64,000 bases of DNA. It comes from a virus. The stretch is from IMG/VR virus record IMGVR_UViG_3300042449_000993, positions 96,001-160,000 of that record; one strand, written 5' to 3'. The notes beneath the pieces are model-generated. The model searched no databases and was not told the DNA's origin. It was given only the letters and a program-made list of their open reading frames with translations. The stretch's first letter is position 1. Each line of letters starts with the position of its first letter. Of this stretch, positions 27,285 through 36,134 are shown piece by piece. The position numbers and the translations under genes were made by a program.

Positions 27285-27394
27285 TGCAATCACTAGAAAT
27301 CTTTATCTTACTTTTAATTGGTGCTTTTAGCATCGCATATTTCTTTAGAGATAAATCTAAAAATAGGGAAAAAGAAGATAACTGGTTTCTATAA
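27284..27394 (+). CDS. Small single-TM protein (36 aa, absent from ORF track)
   Basis: MQSLEIFILLLIGAFSIAYFFRDKSKNREKEDNWFL; start coupled to hsp20 stop. Confidence 0.5.
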   Translation: MQSLEIFILLLIGAFSIAYFFRDKSKNREKEDNWFL

Positions 27395-27409
27395 CTGAGA
27401 AAACATATT

Positions 27410-27889
27410 ATGCATAATGATGAATTAACGTGGGATGAATTGTTTATCTTACAGGCTACTCTGATCTCTCAGAAAAGCAAGGACCCGTCGACAAAGGTGG
27501 GGTGTATTATTGTCAATGATGATAATGTCATCTTGTCGACGGGTTTTAATGGATTCCCTCGAGGAATCGAAGAAGATTGGAAAGATCGATGGAAGAGTCC
27601 AGAAAAGTATCACTGGGTTGAGCATGCTGAACGCAATGCAATCTTCAACGCCGCACGTGTTGGTGTTTCACTCAACAATTCTCGTGCATATCTAAACTGG
27701 GAACCAAAGCCATGCGCTGATTGCACACGCGCATTGATCCAAGCAGGAATCAAGGAAGTCATCGGACCAAACCGACCATTCTCTGGTAAGGGTGCAGGAA
27801 AGCATTACTCGATCGAGCACGCAGAAGTCATGCTGCGCGAGGCTGGTGTTAAAATTAGAACATGGGATATGCCAAAAGAACTCATATGA
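27410..27889 (+). CDS. cd: dCMP deaminase
   Basis: SKDPSTKVG, GFNG.PRG, HAERNA, PCADC. Confidence 0.92.
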   Translation: MHNDELTWDELFILQATLISQKSKDPSTKVGCIIVNDDNVILSTGFNGFPRGIEEDWKDRWKSPEKYHWVEHAERNAIFNAARVGVSLNNSRAYLNWEPKPCADCTRALIQAGIKEVIGPNRPFSGKGAGKHYSIEHAEVMLREAGVKIRTWDMPKELI

Positions 27890-28350
27890 GTATACACGAC
27901 CCTCATGAATTCATAAAATATAAATTGTCAGCTGACACTCATGTTCGCGATGGAAGAAATCTATACGAACATTTATGCAATGTTGAAAAAATTCTCAAAA
28001 TTTGTGGATGTGATGACAGCGTTTGTTTAGCTGGATTATTTCATAGTGTTTATGGCACATCAAAATGGCGTCATGAAAGTATTAGAGATAGAGAATTGGT
28101 TAGAAGTATCATTGGAGAAAGAGCAGAACATCTTGTTTGGATTTTCAGTAATGCAAAAAGACCATTTTGTTGGTTGTTTGGAGAAAATATTCCAATGACT
28201 GATGGATCATTTGCTCGCGTTGATCGTGATACATTGCATGACCTTCATATGATTGAGGGTGCGAATCTCCTCGAGCAACAGGGTGGGTTGGTTGAGATAC
28301 TTTCATTCGCCTCTATGCAGAGCCCAGAGGAACTCCGAGGAGAGAGATAA
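27886..28350 (+). CDS. HD-like domain hypothetical protein
   Basis: H..R.L..HL, AGLFHSVYGT, IG..AE.LV..F. Confidence 0.65.
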   Translation: MSIHDPHEFIKYKLSADTHVRDGRNLYEHLCNVEKILKICGCDDSVCLAGLFHSVYGTSKWRHESIRDRELVRSIIGERAEHLVWIFSNAKRPFCWLFGENIPMTDGSFARVDRDTLHDLHMIEGANLLEQQGGLVEILSFASMQSPEELRGER

Positions 28351-28412
28351 GGGTATCGGGAACCCTAAAACAACGCCGCTCTCTCGGCTCTCTCCTCGGC
28401 GAGAGAGGATGC

Positions 28413-28480
28413 CGTAAGTTATTGATTTTATTCGATTTTTCTCTGTTGTGTTTTCCTGTGATTCAGGTAGAATATGCAAT
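28413..28480 (+). repeat. Early promoter cassette copy 4
   Basis: CGTAAGTTATTGATTTTATTCG...TTGTGT-N16-TAGAAT-N7-ATG. Confidence 0.8.
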
Positions 28481-28666
28481 ATGAGTAAGCAATATCACTT
28501 TATCGACGCCCAAAACGACAAGTTCGGTGCCCGACACACACTCTGGCATGTTGGGAATTATCACTATCAGATTGAATGCCGCTCTACTGGCAACAAAATC
28601 GACCTTCCTGACACCAGTTTCGAACAGGCAAAACAGGTGTTCGAGGACGTGCTCGTAAGTTATTGA
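28481..28666 (+). CDS. Hypothetical early protein (leaderless)
   Basis: 61 aa ORF between cassette copies 4 and 5. Confidence 0.7.
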   Translation: MSKQYHFIDAQNDKFGARHTLWHVGNYHYQIECRSTGNKIDLPDTSFEQAKQVFEDVLVSY

Positions 28667-28720
28667 TTTTATTCGGTTTTTTCCTATTGCGTTTTTCTTG
28701 GTTTCAGTTAGAATATAATT
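28654..28720 (+). repeat. Early promoter cassette copy 5
   Basis: CGTAAGTTATTGATTTTATTCGG...TTGCGT-N16-TAGAAT-N6-ATG. Confidence 0.8.
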
Positions 28721-28993
28721 ATGAAAAGCGAAAACACTATTGTAAAAATCGGTGACGTTGTTAAGTCTCTTGACTTCGTTGGTATCAATGACTGTTATTA
28801 TGTCGGTCTCGTGGTCGGCATCAGCAAGATGGATGGCACTTTCCGCGCCAAGACCATCAAGCGTGTGTGGCAGGGTCAGTTGGACAAGAAGTTTCCGTCT
28901 GACTTCTTCACTGCTCCGCTTCCTGGCAATTCTTTCTTCGACGATATGGCTGAAGAAAAGGGTGTCGATTCTCGCGTGCAGGTGGTTGCCTAA
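28721..28993 (+). CDS. Hypothetical early protein (SH3-like beta pattern)
   Basis: KIGDVVKSLDF...CYYVG.V; leaderless start. Confidence 0.7.
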   Translation: MKSENTIVKIGDVVKSLDFVGINDCYYVGLVVGISKMDGTFRAKTIKRVWQGQLDKKFPSDFFTAPLPGNSFFDDMAEEKGVDSRVQVVA

Positions 28994-29217
28994 TGAACAT
29001 CGATGACCGACATGGTAGTCCGTATGATCGTGGTCGCGCTGACAGTTATTATCGTCGCGCTCGAAGTCCGCACTATATGAAAAGTGACATCAATGGTTAT
29101 GTGACTTTCAATAGTGCTCGCGTGTTCGAGAAAGAAATGACTGCGAAACAAATTGTTGAGTACAATCTTGGCTTCGACGTGAATGAAGCAGAACAAAATT
29201 TTAAGGAGTGGGAATAA
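28993..29217 (+). CDS. Hypothetical protein
   Basis: HGSPYDRG.ADSYY.R...PHY pattern; translationally coupled. Confidence 0.75.
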   Translation: MNIDDRHGSPYDRGRADSYYRRARSPHYMKSDINGYVTFNSARVFEKEMTAKQIVEYNLGFDVNEAEQNFKEWE

Positions 29218-29218
29218 T

Positions 29219-29443
29219 ATGAGAAAGCAAACTGAAACTTTGCTGAGTGAGGCGATCGATCTGGTGAACGGTGTCGATCATGTTCTGGCGAACACCATGA
29301 CTCAGTATGATCTGAGTGCCAAGGATTGCTACAACATGGCAGAGAAACTTGAGCGTGCGTGTCATGCACTGCTTGTTGTTGGTGATCGCAAGACGCAACA
29401 GGATCTGAACAAGATTCCGATGGGTGAAGGAGTGCCGTTCTAA
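29219..29443 (+). CDS. Hypothetical protein
   Basis: ORF with RBS, coupled to neighbours. Confidence 0.65.
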   Translation: MRKQTETLLSEAIDLVNGVDHVLANTMTQYDLSAKDCYNMAEKLERACHALLVVGDRKTQQDLNKIPMGEGVPF

Positions 29444-29676
29444 TGGGATACTTCAAAAATTTAGAAATTGATGTCATTGAGATGTATCGCGTTGATGGTC
29501 TCAAGGAAGCAGAGATTGCAAAGATCACTGGCTTGTTATTGAGTGAAGTCAACGAGATTCTTGCTGCGTATGAGAATCGCGATGCTGACTACAATGAATA
29601 TGATACTGACATGGTCAGTTACGATGATCTGTCTTTTGATCCAGGTGACATTGACTACAATGCGGAGCATTACTAA
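29443..29676 (+). CDS. Hypothetical protein, possible HTH
   Basis: GLKEAEIAKITGL..SEV HTH-like segment, acidic tail. Confidence 0.65.
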   Translation: MGYFKNLEIDVIEMYRVDGLKEAEIAKITGLLLSEVNEILAAYENRDADYNEYDTDMVSYDDLSFDPGDIDYNAEHY

Positions 29677-29867
29677 TGGAAGACATGATGACAGAAAGCG
29701 AAATCTTTGCACTTTGCGTTAAAATGCAACATCTTGGGTATGCAGTTATTTGCTTCACTCCAGAAGAATTGCGTGGTGCAGATCCTGGTCATGTTCAAGA
29801 TCGTTTGGTTGAATTGGGTTGGGATGTAATTGATACTCTTGCCACTGAACCACGTGAGGGCGAATAA
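29676..29867 (+). CDS. Hypothetical protein
   Basis: Coupled small ORF. Confidence 0.6.
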   Translation: MEDMMTESEIFALCVKMQHLGYAVICFTPEELRGADPGHVQDRLVELGWDVIDTLATEPREGE

Positions 29868-30088
29868 TGACAAACGAGTATCGTCGTTCTGTTCTTGCCC
29901 CCAAAGAGCGAGTAAAGTTTGATCCCCGCAATCGCAAGCACATGCTTGATTTTGCTAAATTTGTGAAGTATAATAGTTGGACAAACGGTTGCTCTTATTT
30001 CTTAGAAGATCCATACACGGATATTCCTTCCATGATTCGAGCAAAAATTGCTGATCACACATTATCTAAACTGGTGGAAAAAGTATGA
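29867..30088 (+). CDS. Hypothetical protein
   Basis: Coupled small ORF. Confidence 0.65.
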   Translation: MTNEYRRSVLAPKERVKFDPRNRKHMLDFAKFVKYNSWTNGCSYFLEDPYTDIPSMIRAKIADHTLSKLVEKV

Positions 30089-30273
30089 GCGAAGGTGACT
30101 TTGAAGTATTAACACTCGGCACAATCGAAGAACTTCGAACTCTTCGAAAATTTGCAAAAGAAATGATTGCATTCAGTAAAATACATGACATGCCTCTGCC
30201 GCATGAGATGCGTGTAGGAATTACTGCATTAGAAGAGTTTTATCAAAGTCACATTGAGAAGTATCCGCAATGA
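30085..30273 (+). CDS. Hypothetical protein
   Basis: ATGA overlap with previous ORF. Confidence 0.6.
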   Translation: MSEGDFEVLTLGTIEELRTLRKFAKEMIAFSKIHDMPLPHEMRVGITALEEFYQSHIEKYPQ

Positions 30274-30590
30274 TGGTCTACTGCGCTGCGCGTTTCAAAC
30301 CAAAGAAGAAGCGCAAACCGAAAGGTATCATTGCGAAGAAGTATAACAAGTCCTCGGCGATTCTCGGTGTTGAGAAGTTGCCGAGTTTGTCTTATGGTTC
30401 ACGAGTTGGGGCTGATGCTGCTCGCAGTGTTCAGTCGCTCAACTCTGATAAGATCTTTACAGAAAAAAGAGAGAGCCTGATGTACACAGGTTCTTTGGTG
30501 AAGGGTATTGCTACGATGCACAAATCAAACGCAGTGCCTGTAATCGACGAAGAGCAAATGAAAGATATCTCTCGCATGAGGCGAGGCTAA
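30270..30590 (+). CDS. Conserved T4-like hypothetical protein
   Basis: YTG..VKGIATMHKSNAVPV....A.DIS.MRR-type motif. Confidence 0.75.
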   Translation: MMVYCAARFKPKKKRKPKGIIAKKYNKSSAILGVEKLPSLSYGSRVGADAARSVQSLNSDKIFTEKRESLMYTGSLVKGIATMHKSNAVPVIDEEQMKDISRMRRG

Positions 30591-30605
30591 CATAGGAGAT
30601 TTTTT

Positions 30606-30815
30606 ATGAGTATTCGTTCAAAGGCTATTATTGAAACTGCTAAAACACTTGCGGCATTAATTGTTGCTGGTGTTGCATTCTATTTCATTCTTGATATTCT
30701 TGGACCAACAGTTGGGTTGATTCTAATGCTTGTTTCTTTGGTTGGATGGTTCACTTGGCTAACATATGATTTTTATGTTCACAAGTTCACTCTCCAAGAT
30801 AAGTGGAAACTCTGA
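30606..30815 (+). CDS. Small membrane protein
   Basis: Two hydrophobic helices; RBS AGGAG. Confidence 0.7.
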   Translation: MSIRSKAIIETAKTLAALIVAGVAFYFILDILGPTVGLILMLVSLVGWFTWLTYDFYVHKFTLQDKWKL

Positions 30816-31012
30816 TCAGTCCTTGTAAGGGAATCTGCAAATTAGACACCCAACGTGAGTATTGCGTTGGGTGTTTTCGCACAACTGCAGAAATAACTGC
30901 TTGGACAAAGTTGCCTTTGTTCGAAAAAGAGCGTATAATCAAAGAATGTAAAGAACGCGAAGAGAATTTTATAAATGATGGGAAAATTTCTTTGTCTAAT
31001 TGGAATTCATAA
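30803..31012 (+). CDS. Cys-rich small protein (DUF1289-like)
   Basis: SPC.GIC.LD...CVGCFRT..EI..W. Confidence 0.75.
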   Translation: METLISPCKGICKLDTQREYCVGCFRTTAEITAWTKLPLFEKERIIKECKEREENFINDGKISLSNWNS

Positions 31013-31142
31013 TTGGGAAAAGTTGTGGAGACCAAGTCGCTGCCCATACCACACAGCAGAAATTCTTGTGAGTAAGACTTGCACACGATGCGGCAAAACG
31101 GTGGAAGCACCGCCGCCAAAGCATTCATCTGACGAAGATTGA
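30975..31142 (+). CDS. Small zinc-finger-like protein (55 aa, absent from ORF track)
   Basis: MMGKFLCLIGIHNW...CTRCGK: C-x4-H-x-W...CxxC. Confidence 0.55.
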   Translation: MMGKFLCLIGIHNWEKLWRPSRCPYHTAEILVSKTCTRCGKTVEAPPPKHSSDED

Positions 31143-31143
31143 T

Positions 31144-31746
31144 ATGAGTAAAGGTATTCACATGCATGAATTGTTTGTCACACCAATGTGGCATTCTTCT
31201 CTTGCTGACTATGGAACTCATAAAGAAGGAATTTTAAATTATCTCAATGAGGTTCGCAAAACGCAACCAAGTGCATTGAGATCAAACATGAATGCGTATC
31301 AGTCGCATCCAACGTTGATCCTAACAGAAGAATTGGCTCCTGTCTTTAAGCATATCATGGAAGATATGATGAGAGTTGTGATTCAAGATTGTGAATTAAA
31401 AGTTACTTCAGCGTCTCTGACGTATGCTTGGGTCAACTTTAATGACAATAGAAGTGCATTTAATATGCCTCATACTCATGCTGAAACTTTTTCTGGAGTT
31501 TTTTATGCGCAAATCCCAGAGAACAGCGGAGTGCTTGTAATCAATAATGACGCATCAAATTCTTTATGGGATGGAAATAACTTTTCCGATATGACGAATA
31601 AATACCTTCGGGCGAATTATCCAATTTTCCCGAAAGAGGGTGACATTTATATTTGGCCATCTTATTTGGAACATTTTGTAACTCCGAATAATCATGACGA
31701 TTGTAGAGTCTCCATTTCTTTCAATATCAAATGTGCAAATTCGTAA
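31144..31746 (+). CDS. 2OG-Fe(II) oxygenase
   Basis: WVN, PHTH..FSGVFY, P.EG...WPSYLEH.V, RVSISFN. Confidence 0.85.
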   Translation: MSKGIHMHELFVTPMWHSSLADYGTHKEGILNYLNEVRKTQPSALRSNMNAYQSHPTLILTEELAPVFKHIMEDMMRVVIQDCELKVTSASLTYAWVNFNDNRSAFNMPHTHAETFSGVFYAQIPENSGVLVINNDASNSLWDGNNFSDMTNKYLRANYPIFPKEGDIYIWPSYLEHFVTPNNHDDCRVSISFNIKCANS

Positions 31747-31755
31747 AGGTGATTT

Positions 31756-32106
31756 ATGGCTAATGTTAAATTTGAATACACAGGTAAGTTGAGCGACGGT
31801 CGTTTCTTCGATGAAGATTCGAAAAAGAAAGTTGTTATTGAACTTGATGATAGCGATTTGACTGTTGATGAAATGCTTGAAGAGTTTATGAACTTTATGC
31901 AAGCAATCGGATACAAGTTCGAAATCGGTGATCGTTTCGAAGTCACTAATGACTTTAAAAATTTTGAAGAGCGATTAAATCCAAACTCTCAAGATTCTGG
32001 CAAATCAGATCCAGGATATGGTGCCGTTCCTCCGCAGGGACAACCAATTGTAGATGAAGGTGGCACTGTTATTGGTATGGCTTCTCCTAAACTTGATCCA
32101 TATTGA
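31756..32106 (+). CDS. Hypothetical protein
   Basis: ORF with RBS; MLEEF.NF.QAIGY pattern. Confidence 0.7.
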   Translation: MANVKFEYTGKLSDGRFFDEDSKKKVVIELDDSDLTVDEMLEEFMNFMQAIGYKFEIGDRFEVTNDFKNFEERLNPNSQDSGKSDPGYGAVPPQGQPIVDEGGTVIGMASPKLDPY

Positions 32107-32114
32107 GGTGATTT

Positions 32115-32204
32115 ATGCCAGCCAAAACAGGAACAAAGGGGTTCGGAAAGGGTCGTGCTAAACTCGGATCTAAGAAACGTAAGGCACGTCGTAAGAAATC
32201 GTGA
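32115..32204 (+). CDS. 29-aa highly basic peptide (absent from ORF track)
   Basis: MPAKTGTKGFGKGRAKLGSKKRKARRKKS; RBS GAGGTG; stop overlaps next GTG start. Confidence 0.65.
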   Translation: MPAKTGTKGFGKGRAKLGSKKRKARRKKS

Positions 32205-32464
32205 GTACACTTGAATCAGTCACTCCCAAGTATGACATTACTTGGTATGTGAAATGGACAGCAAGTATTATTACACTTGTTGGTATCACGGTTCGAGCCA
32301 GCGGTCTCGTTCAATATCAATGGATCGATTTGATCTGTAGTTGGATTGGGGCTGCTGGCTGGTTCTTTGTTGGGTTCAAATGGAATGATCGTGCGTTGAT
32401 GATTCTAAATGGTGTGATTGGTGTGGTTTTGTTTGCAGGAATCATGAGGTATTATCTGTCATGA
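32201..32464 (+). CDS. Small membrane protein (3 TM)
   Basis: WYVKW.AS, GW..VG..WNDRALM.LN. Confidence 0.75.
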   Translation: MSTLESVTPKYDITWYVKWTASIITLVGITVRASGLVQYQWIDLICSWIGAAGWFFVGFKWNDRALMILNGVIGVVLFAGIMRYYLS

Positions 32465-32949
32465 AGATCTCTATTGGCAAGTATCCAAAGAAGGGCGAGC
32501 AAAAGAAATCCATTCGAATTGATCCATGGGACACATGGAGCATGGATCATACTCTTGCTGAGATCATTCATCCGATGCTCAAGCAGTTACGCAAGACTGC
32601 TCACGGTGCGCCATGCACTGATGATGAAGATGTTCCTGAGCATCTCCGTTCGACTAAAGCCAAGCCCAAGAAAAATGAATGGGATGTGGATGAGTTTCAC
32701 TTCAAACGTTGGGACTGGATCATGAAAGAAATGATCTGGACTTTCGGCGAACACGCAAAAGACCATGAGCCAAACTTCTGGATCAAGAAACCCAAATACA
32801 AATGGGTAGATGTTGAAGGGAAAGATTGGAAAGAAATGGTCACTGTCGACAAAGGCAAGTTCGACGAAGCCAAAGCCAAAGCATATTGGGAACGAAAGAA
32901 GAATGGCTTTCGTTTGTTCGGGAAGTATTATCAAAATCTCTGGGATTAA
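32461..32949 (+). CDS. Conserved phage hypothetical protein
   Basis: WDTWSMDHTLA.II.PML, GF.LFGKYYQ.LWD. Confidence 0.8.
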   Translation: MKISIGKYPKKGEQKKSIRIDPWDTWSMDHTLAEIIHPMLKQLRKTAHGAPCTDDEDVPEHLRSTKAKPKKNEWDVDEFHFKRWDWIMKEMIWTFGEHAKDHEPNFWIKKPKYKWVDVEGKDWKEMVTVDKGKFDEAKAKAYWERKKNGFRLFGKYYQNLWD

Positions 32950-32960
32950 GAGGATATAAC

Positions 32961-33803
32961 ATGTTACCAGAATTTAAAATTTATACAAATCCAAATGATA
33001 TTAAGTTTGCTCTATATGAACAATCTGAAATCATCTCTGATGAAATTAAAATGAGGGGCTTGTGGAATGGAGATCTAGTCAACTACATCGTAAGAGTGTT
33101 GAGTCGTCAGGCTCCTGGAAATGTGATTGATGTTGGTGCAGGAATAGGTTCAATGGTGATTCCATTTGCCGCTTTTTGCAATGTTCAGCACACATATCAT
33201 GCATTTGAACCATCTCGTCATCTTAATCTGCAACTATCAACAAATGTTTTCTTAAATCATCTTTCAAACGTTTATGTTTATCAAGAAGCATTAAGTGATG
33301 TTGAAAAGAGAACTATTGCAGGTATTCTTGACGTTTGGCGATTAAGCAATCATGGATCATTTTCTTTCAATGATGAGGTTAATGAGATTCGTGGAATTGT
33401 TTCAACTCCAGAAAAAGAATTCTATAAATTTAAGCCTCTTGATAGCCACGGTCTTCGAGATATTCGTTTCATTAAACTTTCTGCGCCTGGAATGGAACTT
33501 GAAGTTTTAAGAGGAGCAAAGCAAACTATTGAGAATAGTGGTAAACCACCTATTTGTATCGAGCATTGGGATTATCCATGGTACGAAGAAAAAACCAAAG
33601 AATTCCAAAGATATTTGGCAGAGGAATTACGTTATGCCAGCTTTGATATGGCTCATGGATATTTCATTGCTTACAAGTCAGATGGTCATGCTGACTTCCT
33701 GACATCTGAAGCGCAAGTCGAAGAGACAGGTGATTTTTTTGTCAGAGAAAAATTGCACGAGGCTCCATTAGCAGTTGATCAGCAAAAAGTCTATATCGCT
33801 TAA
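32961..33803 (+). CDS. FkbM-family SAM methyltransferase
   Basis: IDVGAGIG, AFEP, LDS...FIKL...G.E..VL.GA. Confidence 0.8.
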   Translation: MLPEFKIYTNPNDIKFALYEQSEIISDEIKMRGLWNGDLVNYIVRVLSRQAPGNVIDVGAGIGSMVIPFAAFCNVQHTYHAFEPSRHLNLQLSTNVFLNHLSNVYVYQEALSDVEKRTIAGILDVWRLSNHGSFSFNDEVNEIRGIVSTPEKEFYKFKPLDSHGLRDIRFIKLSAPGMELEVLRGAKQTIENSGKPPICIEHWDYPWYEEKTKEFQRYLAEELRYASFDMAHGYFIAYKSDGHADFLTSEAQVEETGDFFVREKLHEAPLAVDQQKVYIA

Positions 33804-34280
33804 ATGCAATCTAAAGAAGAATTAGAAAATTGGTATCGACATCCAGATCCATGGAAATACGAAACAACACAAGATGATTTGTTTCGAAAAGAGCAGATAT
33901 TGCAAATGCTTCCAATGCGATATGAACGTGCTATTGACATCGGATGCGGAGAAGGGTTTGTCACAAAAGATTTGCCAGCAATCGAGAGTCATGGAATTGA
34001 AATTTCAGATCTCGCTGCTTCTAGATTGCCATGGAATGTAAAAAGAGTTCATGCTCCAGAAGGACTATATGATTTAGTCATGACTACAGGAACGTTATAT
34101 ACACAATATAATCACGAACAGATTGTAGAGTGGATTAGGAAATGTTCTTGTAGGCATATTCTGATTGCTGGAATTAGAGAATGGCTTATGCCATACACAT
34201 TTGGAAATGTTCTCGCTAAAAAAGAATTTAAATACAGAGAGTATGTACAATCGGTGACATTATATGAAGTTAGCACATAA
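33804..34280 (+). CDS. Class I SAM methyltransferase (NodS-like)
   Basis: DPW.Y, IDIGCGEG, GIEIS..A. Confidence 0.8.
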   Translation: MQSKEELENWYRHPDPWKYETTQDDLFRKEQILQMLPMRYERAIDIGCGEGFVTKDLPAIESHGIEISDLAASRLPWNVKRVHAPEGLYDLVMTTGTLYTQYNHEQIVEWIRKCSCRHILIAGIREWLMPYTFGNVLAKKEFKYREYVQSVTLYEVST

Positions 34281-34785
34281 CATTGGTGAAATAAGGCATC
34301 CAAATTATAACACTCGCGAGCAAATTCTTGCTTGTGTTGATTCCATCGGATTTGACGGAATCTATAAAAACGTATATCATAATCAAGATGTCCTCGTTGG
34401 CAAAACAGGAATTATGTTTGTCATGGGAGACTTTGTTGGTGGAGATAATGCCTTTGATCTACCCAATGTACCAAGACTTGAAGAGTATTGCACGTTGGAA
34501 GAAGTATTTGAATTATGCGATAAGTATCAATTCGAATTAGGATGGCATACTTGGTCGCACAGAGATCTCACGAAACTAGATAAAGATGAAATCATGTTAG
34601 AAGTCACTCCCCCAATGGGATTGAATATAAAGCATTTTGCATATCCTTACGGAACGTTTAATGATCTTGTGATTGAATGCGTCAAAGAAGCAGGATATGA
34701 AAAAGCATACTCAGTCACACAAGGCTCTCAAGATCCTAATGATCCAGATTATAAATTTAAAATTTATCGCGACTATATTAAATGA
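34264..34785 (+). CDS. Polysaccharide deacetylase (NodB/CE4)
   Basis: FDG, GWHTWSH.DL, FAYPYG. Confidence 0.82.
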   Translation: MKLAHNIGEIRHPNYNTREQILACVDSIGFDGIYKNVYHNQDVLVGKTGIMFVMGDFVGGDNAFDLPNVPRLEEYCTLEEVFELCDKYQFELGWHTWSHRDLTKLDKDEIMLEVTPPMGLNIKHFAYPYGTFNDLVIECVKEAGYEKAYSVTQGSQDPNDPDYKFKIYRDYIK

Positions 34786-35498
34786 GAAAAGAATATGATG
34801 AGAAGGGGATCGTTGTTATCCCTTCTGTGTTTACTGCTGATGAATGCGATAAAATTAAAACATCTGCATATTCTGTCACAGACAACCAAATTAAATCTGC
34901 TGGGTATCCTCACGTTCCGAGTGAGCAAGCATACAATAGAAAGTCGTTGATTTTCTTTCCTGCTTTAGCGCATTCTTATTTAAATGAAATTCGAATTAGC
35001 AAACCAATGACTGAGTTGGTGCGAGAGTTTATTGGTGATGATGTTCGTCAAATCAACAATCAAATATACTTTCGCGAACGTGGCGATCTAGATCAATTTG
35101 CTTGGCATCAAGACATTATGTTTCGCGAGAGTCATATATTTGGCAGTGATGTTGTTGAAGATTATTTTCAGACCATCATCGCAGTAGATGATATCACAGA
35201 AGAAAACGGAGCCATTGAATTTATCGAAGGTTCACATAAAACAATGCGCCTTTATGCACCAAAAAATCTTCGAAAATTCGAACGTGGTGATCTAAAAGGA
35301 AAGAAGTATACTGCCAAGAAAGGTGATGTTCTCATTTGGTCGGTGATGATTGTTCACGGAAGCGAAACAAACAACTCTGATTCAAGTCGAATGACATACA
35401 TGAATGGTTTCTGTCGAACAAAAGCAGCAAAAACATATCCACACTATATGATCAATGGTCAAGTTGTTCCATATATTAATCCAGCGATGATACCATGA
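34782..35498 (+). CDS. Phytanoyl-CoA dioxygenase (PhyH)-family 2OG oxygenase
   Basis: WHQD, ENG.IEFI.GSH, GDVL......HGS..N.S..R. Confidence 0.85.
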   Translation: MRKEYDEKGIVVIPSVFTADECDKIKTSAYSVTDNQIKSAGYPHVPSEQAYNRKSLIFFPALAHSYLNEIRISKPMTELVREFIGDDVRQINNQIYFRERGDLDQFAWHQDIMFRESHIFGSDVVEDYFQTIIAVDDITEENGAIEFIEGSHKTMRLYAPKNLRKFERGDLKGKKYTAKKGDVLIWSVMIVHGSETNNSDSSRMTYMNGFCRTKAAKTYPHYMINGQVVPYINPAMIP

Positions 35499-36124
35499 TT
35501 AGTGTTATTATATCCTCATATCGATATGGGCATTTGGCTGCTCATTGCGTAGAATCAATTTTAAGTCAGTCTGAAAAACCAGAAAAGATTTTTTTCGTCG
35601 ACGATGGTTGGGGTGACTGCTTTCATCTGAAACGAGTATATCCTGAAGTTGAGTTTGTATTTCGTGAAACGAATCTTGGAACGGTAAACAATTTTCAAGA
35701 CATGCTTGAAAGAGTTTCAACTGAATACTGTATGTTCATTGGTGCAGATAATTGGCTTCGTTCAGATACAGTTAAGCAATTTAGTGACGCGATTCAACTT
35801 GTGAATCCTGACATTGTCACTTATGATATGGTCTTAACTGGTGAAATGAAGGAAACAAGAATTAAATATCATAGAGATGAGATGTCGCGGTATCAGGGTG
35901 ATTACTACTGGTCGCGACAATTTAAACATCATGGCTCTATGCTATATAGAACGAGCCTTGCGAAATCTGTTGGTGGATATACTGCCTTAAATAGTTCATC
36001 CCCACATACGCAAGAAGATTATAGTTTATGGAATAAGATGAAGAATGCTGGCGCAAAAGTTCATCATGTTTCTCAAGGATTGCTTTATTATCGTCATCAT
36101 CGTGAAAATTTTAATAAGTATTGA
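35495..36124 (+). CDS. Glycosyltransferase family 2
   Basis: ISVII..Y, VDDG, EDY.LW, YYRHH. Confidence 0.85.
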   Translation: MISVIISSYRYGHLAAHCVESILSQSEKPEKIFFVDDGWGDCFHLKRVYPEVEFVFRETNLGTVNNFQDMLERVSTEYCMFIGADNWLRSDTVKQFSDAIQLVNPDIVTYDMVLTGEMKETRIKYHRDEMSRYQGDYYWSRQFKHHGSMLYRTSLAKSVGGYTALNSSSPHTQEDYSLWNKMKNAGAKVHHVSQGLLYYRHHRENFNKY

Positions 36125-36134
36125 GTGGTAAATT

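Noticed and set aside
9777-28720. Repeated CGTAAGTTATTGATT as a CRISPR array
   Set aside because: Copies are dispersed and separated by whole genes, each tied to -35/-10 boxes; no regular spacers and no cas genes
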